This document shows positions 38,669 to 52,446 of a stretch of DNA of 64,000 nucleotides, piece after piece (positions within the stretch are counted from its first letter, which is position 1; every line of letters starts with the position of its first letter). The stretch lies in assembly GCA_964106915.2 (NCBI GenBank), contig OZ066918.1, one strand, 5' to 3'. The DNA is from Podarcis gaigeae (taxonomy: Eukaryota). Both the position numbers and the translations under genes were made by a program. The notes below the pieces were generated by a model that saw only the letters and a list, made by a program, of their open reading frames with translations, was not told where the DNA came from and did no database searches.

Positions 38669-39031
38669 AAGGTAAAGGTAAAGGTACCCCTGCCCGTACG
38701 GGCCAGTCTTGACAGACTCTGGGGTTGTGCGCCCATCTCACTTAAGAGGCCAGGGGCCAGCGCTGTCTGGAGACACTTCCGGGTCACGTGGCCAGCATGA
38801 CATCGCTGCTCTGGCGAGCCAGAACCGCACACGGAAACGCCGTTTACCTTCCCGCTGGTAAGCGGTCCCTATTTATCTACTTGCACCCGGAGGTGCTTTC
38901 GAACTGCTAGGTTGGCAGGCGCTGGGACCGAGCAGCGGGAGCGCACCCCACCGCAGGGATTCGAACTGCCGACCTTTCGATCGGCAAGTCCTAGGCGCTG
39001 AGGCTTTAACCCACAGCGCCACCTGCGTCCC
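38669..39031 (-). mobile_element. Full-length, young Sauria SINE (Squam1)
   Basis: 5' GGGACGCAGGTGGCGCTGTGGGTTAAA, B box GTTCGAATCCC, (ACCTTT)n tail, perfect 13-bp TSD GATACAGGTATTA at 38656-38668 and 39032-39044. Confidence 0.93.
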
Positions 39032-39598
39032 GATACAGGTATTACATGGTACATGGTATTAAAAAACAAGCATGACAAATAGGCCCAAAATGTGCTGATG
39101 GTTTTGTAAGTTGATTTTGAATATATCCAAGAGTATTCCCTGTTAAGTGAAACAGAGCCCATATTTGTAATTTATAGTTACTGATATACTGATATACTGA
39201 CTGCCAATATGTTCTTATTTGTTGATTTTCTTCACTTCTCCAAGTGGTAAAAAGCACCACAGCACTATTTTTGTGGAATAAAGAAGTGCTACGCTGTTAA
39301 GGAATGTTATTATGATTTAGGAAATGTGAAGCTGCCTTATGCTGAGGCAGATGATTGGTCCAGTTAGCTCAGTATTGCCTACTCTGTCCAGAAGCAGCTT
39401 TGAGGCAATGATCTTTCGCAACTGGAACCTGTAGCCTTCCGGATGTTGCTGATAATAGCTGCCAACATCCCCGATGGCTGACTGGTGCTGATGGGAATTT
39501 GAGTCTAGCAACAGCAGGATCAGAGGTTCCCCATCCCTGCTGTATGTAAAAATGTGCTCTGCCACACTGAGCTATGATCCCTTCCTAAGACCAACAGC

Positions 39599-39651
39599 GC
39601 TTGTCTTGAAGCACTGGTTGTGCTTGTCTTGAAGCAGTGGTTGTCTTGAAG
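39599..39651. repeat. Short tandem duplication (~23-bp unit)
   Basis: GCTTGTCTTGAAGCA(C/G)TGGTTGT repeated about 2.3 times. Confidence 0.75.
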
Positions 39652-41949
39652 AATTCCCAGACCCTCTCAAAGGAACAGCAGCAAACTGGCAGCCTGCTCC
39701 CTAAGCATGCTTCTTCAGCCAGAATAGTTTATTTCTGGAGAAATTCAAGGTGCACAGGCTGTACATTTCAGCAGATAACTGTGGTTTCAGATCCTTTCAA
39801 CAATGGTGGTTTCTGTAAAGGCCATTTGAAGCTTTTGTGATAACAAAGGCAAACATTGTTGACTCTCGGCTCACAGGGTTGTCTCATTGCTTGGCACAAT
39901 AAAGTAACATTGCCCACCCTTTATTACGGCCTGTGAGTCAAGACAAGAGTTTCCATGGTTCTAGCTCACAAACTAGCCCATCAATATACTGTCTAGCTAT
40001 GTAAACCTATAGAGATTTGGAGAACATTGGAAACACTTACAAGGAATTTGGGAATGGGGTGTATGACAGGGTGTAGCAAAAGCTCCTCATACTCTTGCTA
40101 TGTGCTAACACTCACCATTGGAGAATTTACTATAGTGAGACCACTGTTAGCAACCAACATTTAGATCATTGTGCTTCTCTCTAAAAATCACTGTCTTTTA
40201 GTACAGACGCATCTGCTATGCAGGAATAATTTCTGTGACACACCAAGAAGCAAGATTATTGGAGGCTGCAATAATGATTGAGAGGTATTGAAATGCATGT
40301 AAACATTTTCCAAGGTACAGAGCACCAAAAATCTAATCTGCAGGTTGTACTGCATGAGCAATAGGCTGTTAAAACACTGGGAACATACATATTTTGAATA
40401 TGCGGAGATGAATGGAAATAACCAGGCAGAATCAGTGCATGCAATGAATTTAGTTGCTGCATTCCCAGGACATGCTTTATCAATTTGCCATGCTGATGAC
40501 TCCCAGCTCAAAATAACAGCCTTTCCTCCATTTTTACTAGTATATAGCCTGCAGCCTCTTCTAAGCCAAAAGAGATAAATTTTCCTAATGTGGCCGTTGT
40601 GCTATAGTAAATTAGCAAAGATCATCAAAATGCTCATTCTACAGAAGGCCATTTCACATCCATCTCATTAGTGCAATTTTCAGTCCAACTACAGCCGAGT
40701 CAAGTTGAAGTGAGCAACTAATGGACTGAGACACTTAATTTCAACACCAAAGTTTGCAGTCCTCAAAATGTGTGGCTCAGACAAAAGATCAACTATAGAT
40801 TGGCTTATTTTCCTCATATTAGATGGCTCAGCATTTTTGCATTCCTGATTACCTATTAATATGGAACTATGCTGACAAAATGTTTCAGGGATTAAATTCT
40901 ATCTGACACAAAGCATTGACTCTATTTCAGGTCTGCAGTTTGCATGCGCAGTGAAATAGAAATGATTCATAGCATCATCTCCATCCTCCCCCCACCTCCA
41001 TTTAATTCACAAAGCAGCCCTTAGTCTCCAAATGTTTTGGATTACTTTAGCATTAAACAATAGGCAGCAGAGGGTAGTCATAAGCAGACAGTTTCTGCCA
41101 TGAAGGAACCAAACAGTGTGATTCTTCAAAGATCTGCATCTGGACTGACGATACGCAATTAATCTAAAAATAATCTGGACTTCAGCGAGTGCAGTGAATT
41201 GGCCGAGTTTGTGATGATGTGATTCAGGATGGTGAGAGCCATAGTGACTTGCAAATCAGCTCCAAAAAGATATCTCCAAAATGGGTTAATGGACAATGAA
41301 TTGCAAATGATATTCAGGGCAAAGTAAAGTGGTTGCACATTGAGCCAAATAGCATAATATACCCATACTCCTGCTACTAATAGTAAGATTGTCACTGCGG
41401 CATAATAGGTTTCAGAACATATCCCATTATCACTCAAGCTGTGACAGTAGCAGGCAAAGAGGTATTTCCCATGAAATACCACCACCACCACACTCTCATT
41501 CAATCCATTACTGTCTTCAGGGGAGTCATTCAGCCTGCCACACCTCCTAGAGTGAAAGGAAGGATGAGGAGGAGGAGAAGAAGCTGGATGCCATCAGCAT
41601 ACTGTTGAAATCGTGTTCCAAGTCACTGAACAATCTTGCTGAGTATTTTAATGTAGATGTTTAGAAGAATGGAAAATTAAACCAAACTACAAAATTCCAC
41701 ATGATCACTTTCATTTTCCTTGAGATATCCACCATGACTCCCATGATCTCTTTCTTGGCCAATTACTGCCAGTTCACGCCAAATTAGTACACTTATGAAG
41801 TTAGCAATTTATTTTGTCTCAATGTGTACCACTTTACATTTACCACGGAAAGGTCCAGAGGAAAAAAGAAAAGGAGCTCAGACATGGAGCTTTAAATTGT
41901 GGATTCTGGTTGGAAAGAGTGGGGGATAGGTATGTGTGGATAAGCCGTG

Positions 41950-42113
41950 GATCGCATTTGCTATTTTAATGCCAATTCACCCCTTTTGGAGATATCCTTT
42001 TGGAGTTCATTACAATCCCCTTTTCTTTGATTTTACCACCCTGAATAATTTGGTGTCATCAGCAAATCTGGTCACCTCACTGCTTAGCATTAACTCTAGG
42101 TCATTTATATAAA
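41950..42113 (-). mobile_element. CR1 reverse-transcriptase fragment
   Basis: Minus strand reads INDLELMLSSEVTRFADDTKLFRVVK (FADD catalytic motif), then stops. Confidence 0.82.
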
Positions 42114-42162
42114 ACACAGGCAAAGTTGTTTCTGCACAGAAGCACCTTCAATCATTGCAAGT

Positions 42163-42166
<4 letters not shown>

Positions 42167-42202
<36 letters not shown>
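42167..42202. repeat. (AG)n microsatellite
   Basis: Direct reading. Confidence 0.9.
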
Positions 42203-42204
<2 letters not shown>

Positions 42205-44344
42205 GCATCCTGTCTGGAGACTAATCAAAAAAGGTCAAGAGACAAACATGGTATTGGCATATCGTTTGATTCAGCCCTTCTTCCTACACTCCAGCCTTCA
42301 TTATCAGGGTTTGTTTTGGTTTTAACTATGCAAGTGAAGGGAAACCCTCTTCCATTGATATGCCTATGGTGAGAAAGCTGGACCTCTCAATGGCTGAATG
42401 CATCGTCTCTCTCTTTCTCTCAGTCTGTGTTTTATGTCCTTTTAAAAATTGCTGTGTGTCTTCATCCTCTTTCTTTTAAAAAATCTGAATGTCAGCTGAC
42501 CCAAGAGGTTTGGGCCCCCTCCATTCTGGGGTGTCAAACTGAACTAGCCTATCTCTATGCTGCAACCCAAAAAGCTGATCAGCACTGTGATGGACCCAAC
42601 CAAAGGACCAGCAGTATCTTTGATTATTTGTTAGGGACAGGGAAGGAATGTCACAATTCAGAGCTCCTGTTCTTCTGACTCCAACTAACTGATCAGCAAT
42701 GTGATGATAGTTGCCTGAACCACAATACTGACAATAATGAGAGGATAGAAAAAGACAGGAAAGGGTTGCCTCACTTTCTCAGGCTCCCCACTTTTAGACT
42801 TCCAAAATTGGCAGCTGGGCCAGACATAGAAAAACTGGGCTGACCTATAAAAACAGAAATCCAGGATTGTCACCTGCTTCTCTTGAAGCAGGACCTTGCA
42901 GGGTTCAGAGTTCAAAGCTGCCTCGGGTGGGGAAAATGGCTTCTGTGTGGCGATACTCTGTGGGGGAGCTGGGGAAAAGCCATTTCCAATACATTTTGGC
43001 CAAAAGGCAAAGGGAGTCTTCACATCAATGCCACTGTTTGCGCTGGCGTGGAGAGTTTTAATTGGAAGTTGTAAGCTTTGAGCCAGTCTTGAGAAACAGA
43101 AGAAAGCTGAAGAGTTTAGCAATATATGGGATATCTGAGGCAAGGTGAATGTCCAGGAAGACCTAACCCATGGATCCAATGCAGAACCCACGAAGAGAGG
43201 TTGCTATCCAGTTGAAGCAGATCATGAGGAAATATTTCTGGATTTCCTTAAGATTGTTGACTTAAAGATGAATCTGCTTATCACTCACTCCTTTTAGTTG
43301 TGTCCACCCAGCTTGATTTCTTAAAGCCTATCATTCTTCGTTCACTGAATCTCATTAATGACTTGGACATTAACAAACAAGCATATCACAGAGTCGGTGC
43401 CCATAGCATCTTGAAGGCAAAGAACTTCTCAACATGGAGCTGACTTTCCTAGGCATGCATTCTGCAGTGTTATTTTAAATAAACTTGACATTTGAAATCT
43501 CCTGGTACTTTATCTGGTTTTTAACAGTGTGCTCCTTTTAGAAAACTTATAGAAAGCTGCTTTTGTCCTCATCTCCTCATATTTCTCTCTCGAGTTGAGA
43601 TTCTACTCTTTGTGTAGATTGTCAGCAGTTTGACCTTCCAGCTTGTTAGATCTTACTTAACAACACTCTTCTCAAGACGTCAATATAGGGCTAAATTCAG
43701 AGATTCCATAATTCACATACTCCCTTTTTGAGAACAAAAGATATCCTGATGAAATGAAAATCCAGCTTCCCTAGATTCCCTCCCCACCTCCTCCGCTTTT
43801 CCAAGCCAGTGTGCATAAAGGAAGACACAGCAGAAAGAGTCTCACACCATCACAACATATAACGCAGCTCTTCCAGGTTTGGTTGTTACAGCAAGCTAGC
43901 TTCAGGTACCAGGGATGAACTGGGGCTGTTTTTCATTGGTGAAACCTGACACTTGAAAACAGTGGTTCTGATAGCCAGGCCTCTACTAAGACTATACAAC
44001 AAAAATGAATTCTTCACCAATGTGATGATTATGGCTCCCATACAAAGTCAACATTTTTTCCTCCCTCTTTCCTCCTGCTTTGCTTAATATTCAGCATGAT
44101 GGAAGAGCTCTGGTAGTTGGCCATGCATATTAATGTAACTTACCTCTTCCTCTGCTTAGCTTATTTGGTAAGGGTTCTCTCAGAGAAAAACTTGCTTGGC
44201 ATCAAAACATCAAACACCCAGAAGATGACATCATCATCATCATCCTTGCTGTGAAAATAGCTGAAGCCACACTATACCACCGCTCCACAAAAGGAAATCA
44301 TCCACCCAGTACAGGCATCTCTTGGGAAGGAAGTGATATTTGAT

Positions 44345-44690
44345 AGGAACATAGGAAACAGCTTTAAACCAAGGCCAACGAGCTTAGCATGGCTGGCAGC
44401 AGGGTTTCAGATGGGACATTTCCAGGTGTGCCCAGAGATTGCCAGGAATTGAACCTGGAACCTTCTGCATGCAAAGCAGATTCTCTAGCACTGAGCTACA
44501 TAACAAGAGCCTGCTGCATCAGGCCAATGGCTCATTCAGTTCAGCATTCTGTTCTCACAGTGGCCACCCAGATTTCTACCGCAGGACCTGAGCATGAGAG
44601 GCCATCTCTTTCTGTATTTTCCAGCAACTGGTATTCAGAAACATTACTGACTGACTCTGGAGGCAGAACATAGGCACCATGGCTAGTAGG
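44345..44690 (-). mobile_element. tRNA-derived SINE (44345-44500) abutting a CR1-like 3' fragment
   Basis: Minus-strand head TAGCTCAGTGCTAGAG...TTTGCATGCAGAAGGTTCCAGGTTCAATTCC (tRNA-Ala-like); the adjacent segment resembles the repeat at ~285-605. Confidence 0.6.
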
Positions 44691-45059
44691 CATGATGGAT
44701 TCCCAAGTTCCCACCTCTGTACCATTTTGAATTTCCCAATTGCAACCCAATCTTTTTTGTAGTAGTATTTTGTTTTGATTCTCCCTCTGGAGACCATGTA
44801 CTCGTCTTTTCTTGTACAGTAGTTTAGCACACAGCTCTGGAAATCAATACATATTTTAAAGTGTTTCCTACTCGTGTTGATTAGGCTTCCTATTCTTGGA
44901 GTAGAACGCAAGTCTTGCTGCGGGAATAGGCATGTCAGTCACTACAGAAGATTAGCACTAGGCCAGCTGCTGGGAAGCACCTCACAATCAGTTCTGCTGA
45001 AGGCAGAAACCACCAGCAAGGAAAGAACTCTACATTATTTGAAGGAGACGATTCTACAG

Positions 45060-45323
45060 GAGAGCCAGTGTGGTGTAGTGGTTAAGAGCGATAGACTTGT
45101 AATCTGGTGAACCGGGTTCGCGTCTCCGCTCCTCCACATGCAGCTGCTGGGTGACCTTGCACTAGTCACACTTCTTTGAAGTCTCTCAGCTTCACTCACC
45201 TCACAGAGTGTTTGTTGTGGGGGAGGAAGGGAAAGGAGACTGTTAGCCGCTTTGAGACTCCTTCGGGTAGTGATAAAGCAGGATATCAAAGCCAAACTTC
45301 TCCTCCTCCTCCTCTTCTTCTTC
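45060..45323 (+). mobile_element. Squam3-type tRNA SINE with (CCT/CTT)n tail
   Basis: GAGAGCCAGTGTGGTGTAGTGGTTAAGAG A box, GGGTTCGCGTCT B box, CORE-like GGGTGACCTTG, L2-like 3' end and CTT tail. Confidence 0.85.
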
Positions 45324-48300
45324 GGGAAATCTCAGCCTAGCTACAAAATCATCTCTGGAGCCCATGAGTAAGAGAAGGAAAAGGGAACGCATTGCCAATT
45401 CCTTTCGCCTGATGCCGACTCCTTCTCCCTGCCCCTACTGTTTCCCTGTTACAGTAACAAGCCTGGCTTGTGCATGTCTGCTGCCTCCCTGGCCTTTACG
45501 ACTCTGCCCTAGGTCAGAAAACTGTGCCTGGGATATAAAGCTCCATTTTCTCCAAACCAGTGAGTCATACAAATAAGAGCCATATTCCTTTTATGGTCTC
45601 TGTAGTTTCAAATTAAGCATGAAAATGGAGCTCTTCAACACACATGCATGCCGAGTTAAGAGGGTTTTTTTCGTTTGGGGTGGGAGAGACACATAATTGC
45701 ATCATAACAAGAGGGAAATTTCTGCATTTTTCAATAACCAGACTGATTCCAAAAGAGAACCCGAGGAGGGGGGTGGAGAACAGCGAGAGACGCCTTGTGT
45801 TGTGTTCTTTATTACATGATATAATTTTGCACTTTAAGACACGTAATCTGTCCTATTCCATTAAATTGCCCCAGTCCTTTTCATAAGACAGACATGTCTG
45901 CGTATTAAATTATATTTTGTAATTCAGATGGGACAACTTAACAAAGAGCCTCTTTTGACGCTGGTGTTCTGTATAGTTTATTGTCTCCTTTGCAACGAAA
46001 TCCCCACTCCATGATAATGCCAGAGCTTTGGGCTCCAAATTAAAGTGTCATTGCTTCACAACCCTCCCCATGTGGCATGCCAGCACATTGCAGGGCTGCT
46101 ACAGTGTCAGTTGTCAGAGATGGACCCTTGAGGGGGTTTTTTGGGGGGAAAACATTGAACCCACTGAATCCATTTTGGGAAGAATCCAGAAAACATCACT
46201 AAGGAAGCTTCTGAAGGAAAGCAGCTTTGAACTCTTGGCTTACTGAGAGATTTCTGCTGTGCATAATATTAATCTGCAGTTGCATGCCCATAGCCTTATT
46301 TTCAGCCATTCCCAATAAAGCTTTGGCTATTGGCTTTCTGAAACAGAGCTGCTCACAAGGATGTTTTGTAAGAGGAGCACAATTCCCAAGGAAGACAACT
46401 CATCTCACCTGAGGAGAAGGTAATGGGGAATTGGACAGTCATTGAGCAAGTTGAAGTCTGTTTGTGGTGTACTCACACTAAGGGTTCAAAACAATGAAAA
46501 ATAGTGCAAACACATTTTGCATATCAGCAGATGCCAGTCTCTTCCAAAACTGTTGTTGGAATAGGTTTAAGCTGAAACGAATAATTGTTAATATGCAAAG
46601 TGTGCTAAAATTTCCAGTTTTGAATTTCAAAGTCAACTTTGTATTTTAATGTGACCCTTTGCATTTCAAGTTATTGGCTTCCCTTGGTTGCTCTGATTTT
46701 TGACAAGAATAAAGTATGAAATTTCATAAGCTGTCAGCTGCCATTTGTCAAACACTGTAGCACAACATCAAGTGCTGTCAGATACTAATATCATTGCACG
46801 CCAACTATCAAGTGCCAGCTAATACCAATGGTCAAATACCAAATCAATGAAATCTATCAGATTCAGAGCCAACATTCAGCAGGTGTGTGGATATTCAGAG
46901 AATATCTGAACCATAATCCAGAAGACAATTGTAGAACATTTGTGGAAACCAACATAACTGAGCTCTAGAAAAAAGAAAGGTGTGGTGTCTTCCAAGTCTA
47001 CACGGCTTTTTAGGACAGAAGAAGGGCAAGGCATCTTGTAGTTTCACATGAAAACACTTCCCTGAAATAAAGATAGTAGCTAGATCTTGGCTTGTTTACA
47101 TTTGCTGCCCAGCTGCAACCTTTGCCAGGAAAACTACTGATCTGCCCAAGGTTTTGGCATGATGGACGCATATAGGAGTTAGTAACCCTTCAGGAAGAAA
47201 TGCTTATACTCACTATTGCCAGCTTCCTCCCCCCCCCCCGGGAAAAAAATGTTTCTCATGCAAAAGCAAATATCTACTATGCAGGACCTAGATGGATTGT
47301 TAGCAAGGATATTTTTAGCTGATATCTCTCTTATGAAAATTACATTGCTCTCAGTCCCTGGTGAATTATTTGCAGATTTGGAGCTGGTAATGGACGTGTG
47401 CATTATGTCAGCTAAACAGGAACCTACTCAACTTCTGTTTTGGAAGTGCTGGTACAAGGCAGCTTTGCCAGCAAAGATCTCTTCTCCAGCTCTTTCAGGT
47501 TTGTGAAGGACAAGGAAGGTCTTAAATATCCTAAGTGGCTTTGCCTGGGGGAAATATTAACTCTAGGTTTCAGAGGGTGTCTTTTCTTCTTCTTCACATG
47601 CCAGTCGGCATATGCTCATGTGTGATGTTTATGCAACATGAACTGTTTTTGTTATTTATATTTCATCATACTTCAGTGCAACATTTATTTTCTTTCCCCA
47701 GAGCCTCGGCTGAACTGTTCTTGCTTGATTGCCTCAAAGCCTCAATCTGATTCCTGAGCGGAATGTGCTTTCGCACAGCTCAGATAAAAGGCTTTTGCTT
47801 CCGAGTCGTGACGAGAATAGGGCTGGAGATCAGGCCTCTATCAAAGCAGTGATGATGACATGTTGACTCATCTAGGGCAGATCAAGCTGAGTGCTGACGT
47901 GAACACACAGAACGGAACTAACGAAATGGGGGGGGGGGTGAGGAAAAAACCACAAGTCCATCTTTAGCCACTTCCCCCCCCCAAACCCTCTTGTCTGGAC
48001 TGAAAGTGCTACACGAGAGCCAGAGTGTGTTGCTTCACACATGATGTGACAGCTAACTTTTAGAGTGTTTCCCCAGGATTGCCCATGGTAAACACACAAG
48101 ATGTGAAGGGCAAAGGTCCAAATATGTGTAAGCAAGGGATAAGTGACCAATTACAGCTCCCCAACACATAATGCTTGTGTGCTGAAGAATGGAGAACTCC
48201 TCTTCACGTTTCCCCCTCTTACTGTGGCAAACACCCGAGGAATTCAATTGCTGCACTCCTTCAAGGAATAATCAAGAGGTTTTGGTTTGTACATGAAAAA

Positions 48301-49091
48301 TCCAGGCTGAAATAGATGCCTTTGGAGAAGTCACAATCATCCATCTCAAGCTGCCAAGAGAAAAGCTTGCAGAAAGGTCCACATGTGGTATGCTGAGATC
48401 TTTGGAGTAAGAGTGGGCTACAAATGAAGGGATAAAAGAAACTTGCACGCTCCCTTTAAAATAACTAGAACAGGGCATAGTTGGGGCAAGATTACATGCT
48501 AAGGCAGCCCACGGAAGTTGTTCTTATAGCAACAAAGGAAGGAATTCTTTGAATCCTCCTTCCAGGGTTTTGAACTGTCATGGCCCCAGTCTTACGCTCA
48601 GTTGGAGGAGCTGGCCAAGTCTGAGCTTGCCATGCCTTCAGATGAAGGGATGGACTGGACTGATAGGCAGTTGAACTTGGATGCAGGATCTTTACAAGTT
48701 CCTTACTCTGAACCTCCCATGCTACTGCACCTGCCCAACAGTGCAGGGAGCACAACAGGTGAGATGCACGAGGCTAGGTAGTTGGCCCTGTTGGAGTCTC
48801 CATGCTTTGAAGAAGGGGAGGCAGAGTTTGAGGAGGAGGGACCGAAGACCGGTGGAGGCACATAAGGTCTCAGCTCTCCTCCAGTCTCCCCTGAAGCAAA
48901 CAGTTCCCTTGCAGCTGTCAGCGATGCTGCAGCCACCAACCTGCCTTAATCTGTGTTGTGGAGTCCTTGTCAGAGCTAGGACATGTTATGAAGCCTTGAG
49001 ACTCTTGATAGCAGCCTTCTCGGTGCCTGCCTGTTCCTAAATAAATCTCATGGGCTTGTTTCTTAGTGCCGTGATGAATATGAATGAATAT

Positions 49092-49656
49092 TGTTATAGA
49101 ACTAAAGGGTCCCCCCAAAACCCTAGGAATGAATAAATGCTAGGATTTTGATTAAGTGGAATATGGATTAAATCACAAACTGCAGAGCTGAGCCAGAAAG
49201 GGAATTCCTGGGCTGGCTTATGCAAACCAGCCTGGCCATGCTAGGGCCATTAAGAGAACAACAGAGGCCCATTGAGGGTCGTTGCCAATGCAAGAGAACT
49301 TCCCCCTGCCCTCAGGTGTGAAGAGAAACAGGGGTGTGGTGATGGGGTATGTTTGAGGGGACAGGAAAAGGGAGTTTTGGAGCAAGGGGCTTCTGGGAAG
49401 AAGTAGGAAGCTGAGCAGAGATCAATCTTGGCCAGGCAGTGGGAAGGTTGCCTCCAATGTTGTTGGCCGTGTGAGATCTGGATTCCCTCTATGCAGACTG
49501 CAGGTATGAATAGGTGAATAAACCATATTTCTTAAAGCATGACAGTCTCTGCCGTGCCTTCTCCAAAGGGACACAGACCCTCTGTGTGTGCCTCTGATCC
49601 CATGGGCTCTTGCTGCCACTTGGCAGAGAGGAAGCAGGCACTGGACTTTTGTAACA
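49092..49656 (+). mobile_element. Solo LTR (565 bp)
   Basis: TGTTA...TAACA inverted termini, 4-bp TSD ATAT on both sides, AATAAA at 49517-49522. Confidence 0.7.
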
Positions 49657-51611
49657 ATATGAACTTTTAAACATTCTATGTCTATGAACCTCTTACATAG
49701 TTGTCAACAATTCTCAGTCACAATGTACTGATGAAGGAAGATGAGTTGCAGGGACAAATATGGAATTTTCCCAACATGTAAAGGTTCAGTCATATATATA
49801 TTGTATTAAGTATATTATACAATATTTGCCTGTTGATCAGGCAGACCCCAGCAGTTTTTCCTCTAATATCTAATTCATTTGTGCAGTGAATGTTTAAACA
49901 TGTCTGAGATGTAGGCAAATAAATTAATAGCAGTATATCCAGAGTGAACTTGCACTCCACGAGCCATTGCTGGACGACTCTTCTTGTCACGCATTATACA
50001 GGTATCTAGAGTTTACCGTAAACTGGCACTATATTCCACTGTAGTTCCAGAAGCAGCTTTTACATCGTGCGAAAGCTCAAATATAATGTAGAACGTAACA
50101 GTTAAGGAAAAGTCGCAAGAAAGGAATAAACTGCCATTTGAATGCAGATAGAATGCATGATTACTGCCTGGAGTTCGTTTCCACAGGATGAAGGCCACTG
50201 GCACAGTTGGTTTCAAAAGGGGGTCAACAGCTAATCTTCTATATTAGCTAACGGAACCCTCCACGTTCAGAGGCAGTCTACCTCCGATTACTAGATGTGG
50301 GAGTCAAACAGGAATGTGCTATTGCTTTTCTGCAAGCCTCTTGGGTGGGGGGCATCTGACCACTGCCAGAAACGGGATGCTGGGTCTGACTCAGCAGAGC
50401 TTTTATTATATTCTGGCGATTCAGAATAGCTGTCTTCTGAAGACTTATGATAATTGACTTGTATCAACCTGAGGGCCAGAAGCTTCTCTGAGGCCTCGGA
50501 CACTGTTGATTTTGCTACGGTCTATTTTACAGTTTACTGAAAGCCGAAACGAGAAGGTGACCCTCCATCACAAGCTGCAAAGGAGCTTAGGGTTGGCCTG
50601 GGGCGATCATATCAGCTGCACCTCAACTTAGTAATCTTATTGTCTCTCTGCAAAAATAGGTCACCATCAGAAAACCAATTCCCCACTGCTGCCTGCAGGG
50701 CCCTTGCTGTTGGTATGAGACACTCTCTCTCCCTGTATGAAAAGGAAGTAAAATAGGATCCGTTTTGAAGAAAAGATTCAGATGAACAGCATTCAAATAA
50801 ATATTCCTGCTCGTGACACAGGCAACAGAGACCAACATTTGATACATGATTAGAGTATCCTTTGTGTCATGTGGGGAAAGTGAACATTTTGTCAAGAAAT
50901 AGCCAGCTCTGAAATTAAAAGGACACCATATTTTTTGTTCCGCTACAAATGACAAGACTTTTTCTTAGGGATCGGTAAGCCTATGCAGATAAAGCACGCA
51001 TCTAGTAGATTTGGCAAACATGTTAAACACTACAGCTGAATATTTCCAGGATTTAGTCTGGTTTGAGGGCCAAGTATAACAGCTGAAAAAGAACATTATT
51101 ACTGTGTAACGCAGGACACAGATGGCTGCAGCTCACGTAAGAAAATAAATGGCTGGCTTCTCTGTAAGGAAGGATAAAATTGCTGCAGAAAATAGACTTC
51201 TTCGTATGGTTCAGGTTAATGTAAATTTCCAAGTTCTCTTAAATGTACTGTTAATTATTTCACAGCTATCCATATGAGGAAGGTAGTAGCAGTTTCTGTG
51301 GTTACTTGTGTAGACTTTTGCATTTGGCTGTGGCTCTCAAAATAGCCTTATGATTTACAGCTTGAGTTGCCCGTTTCATCACGGGAAAGGGCAATAGTTC
51401 ACATGACTCACACAGGGCCTAAAATATGCAGTATGTAATAAGGTAAAGAAAGAGACTCAATGCATGTACAATGGGAGAAGAAGGAAAGCTTGGTGTGCGC
51501 ATAACAGTCAAAGGAATATGGATAGGAAAGCAGATGGGACTTACACACTTAATTTACTTCTGCTGTTAAGTAATACCAAACTTTCTCTTTCGCCTTGCTT
51601 ATTGTCCCAAG

Positions 51612-51770
51612 TAGTGGAGCATCTGCCTTGAATGTAGATGGTCCCAGGTTCAGTAGCCAGCATCTCCTGGTAGGGCTAGGAATGTCCTCTCTCTGAAACC
51701 CCAGAGAGCTGTCAGTCTGGGTGGATAATATTGAGCTAGCTGGACCAACGTCTGGCAACTTCCTGTTTTC
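51612..51770 (+). mobile_element. Old tRNA-derived SINE
   Basis: GAGCATCTGC...GGTCCCAGGTTC head and CTGAAACCC...GAGCTAGCTGGACCAA body shared with other copies in the window. Confidence 0.6.
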
Positions 51771-51969
51771 CAAAAGCAGGATTATTTATGACCCTATGAA
51801 AGTGCCCATCTCTTTTTGCATTTTGCTACCTTGGGAGCAAAGATGACATTCAACGTGAGTAATATTCAGAGTTGATCCATCTAAAACTATTGAGTCAACT
51901 CTCTGTACCAACATTGGTTTCAATGGATCTGACTAATGTTGGAAATCACCCAAAGGGTCTATTAATATA

Positions 51970-52228
51970 CTGTATTTTTTGCTCTATAAGACGCACCAGA
52001 CCACAAGACGCACCTCGGTTTTGGAGGAGGAAAACAAGAAAAAAAATATTCTGAATCTCAGAAGCCAGAACAGCAAGAGGGATCGCTGCGCAGTGAAAGC
52101 AGCGGTTCCTCTTGCTGTTCTGGCTTCTGGGGTAGCTGCGCAGCCTGCATTCACTCCGTAAGACGCACACACATTTCCCCTTACTTTTTAGGAGGGAAAA
52201 AGTGAGTCTTATAGAGCAAAAAATACGG
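51970..52228. mobile_element. Tc1/mariner (Tc2/pogo-type) MITE with internal hairpin
   Basis: TIRs CTGTATTTTTTGCTCTATAAGAC / GTCTTATAGAGCAAAAAATACGG, TA TSD. Confidence 0.88.
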
Positions 52229-52446
52229 TATGTAATAAAGAACTTAAAATCTAGAGCAAAAATAAAAAAGAGCCTGAAATCATGAGGGACAACCACATTT
52301 AAAACCTTTCACTAACTTCTGGTTTCTGTTACTTAACTTGACAGATCTGTGCATATATGGTATTGATTCAGAAATAGCAAGGCTGTTCACCATGAGCAGA
52401 AATTCACAAGTTTTTCTTAAGAACTAGCTGACAGAGCTGCCCAGCT

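Noticed and set aside
42685-43191. 168-aa ORF
   Set aside because: No recognisable domain, a non-ATG start and no splice support.
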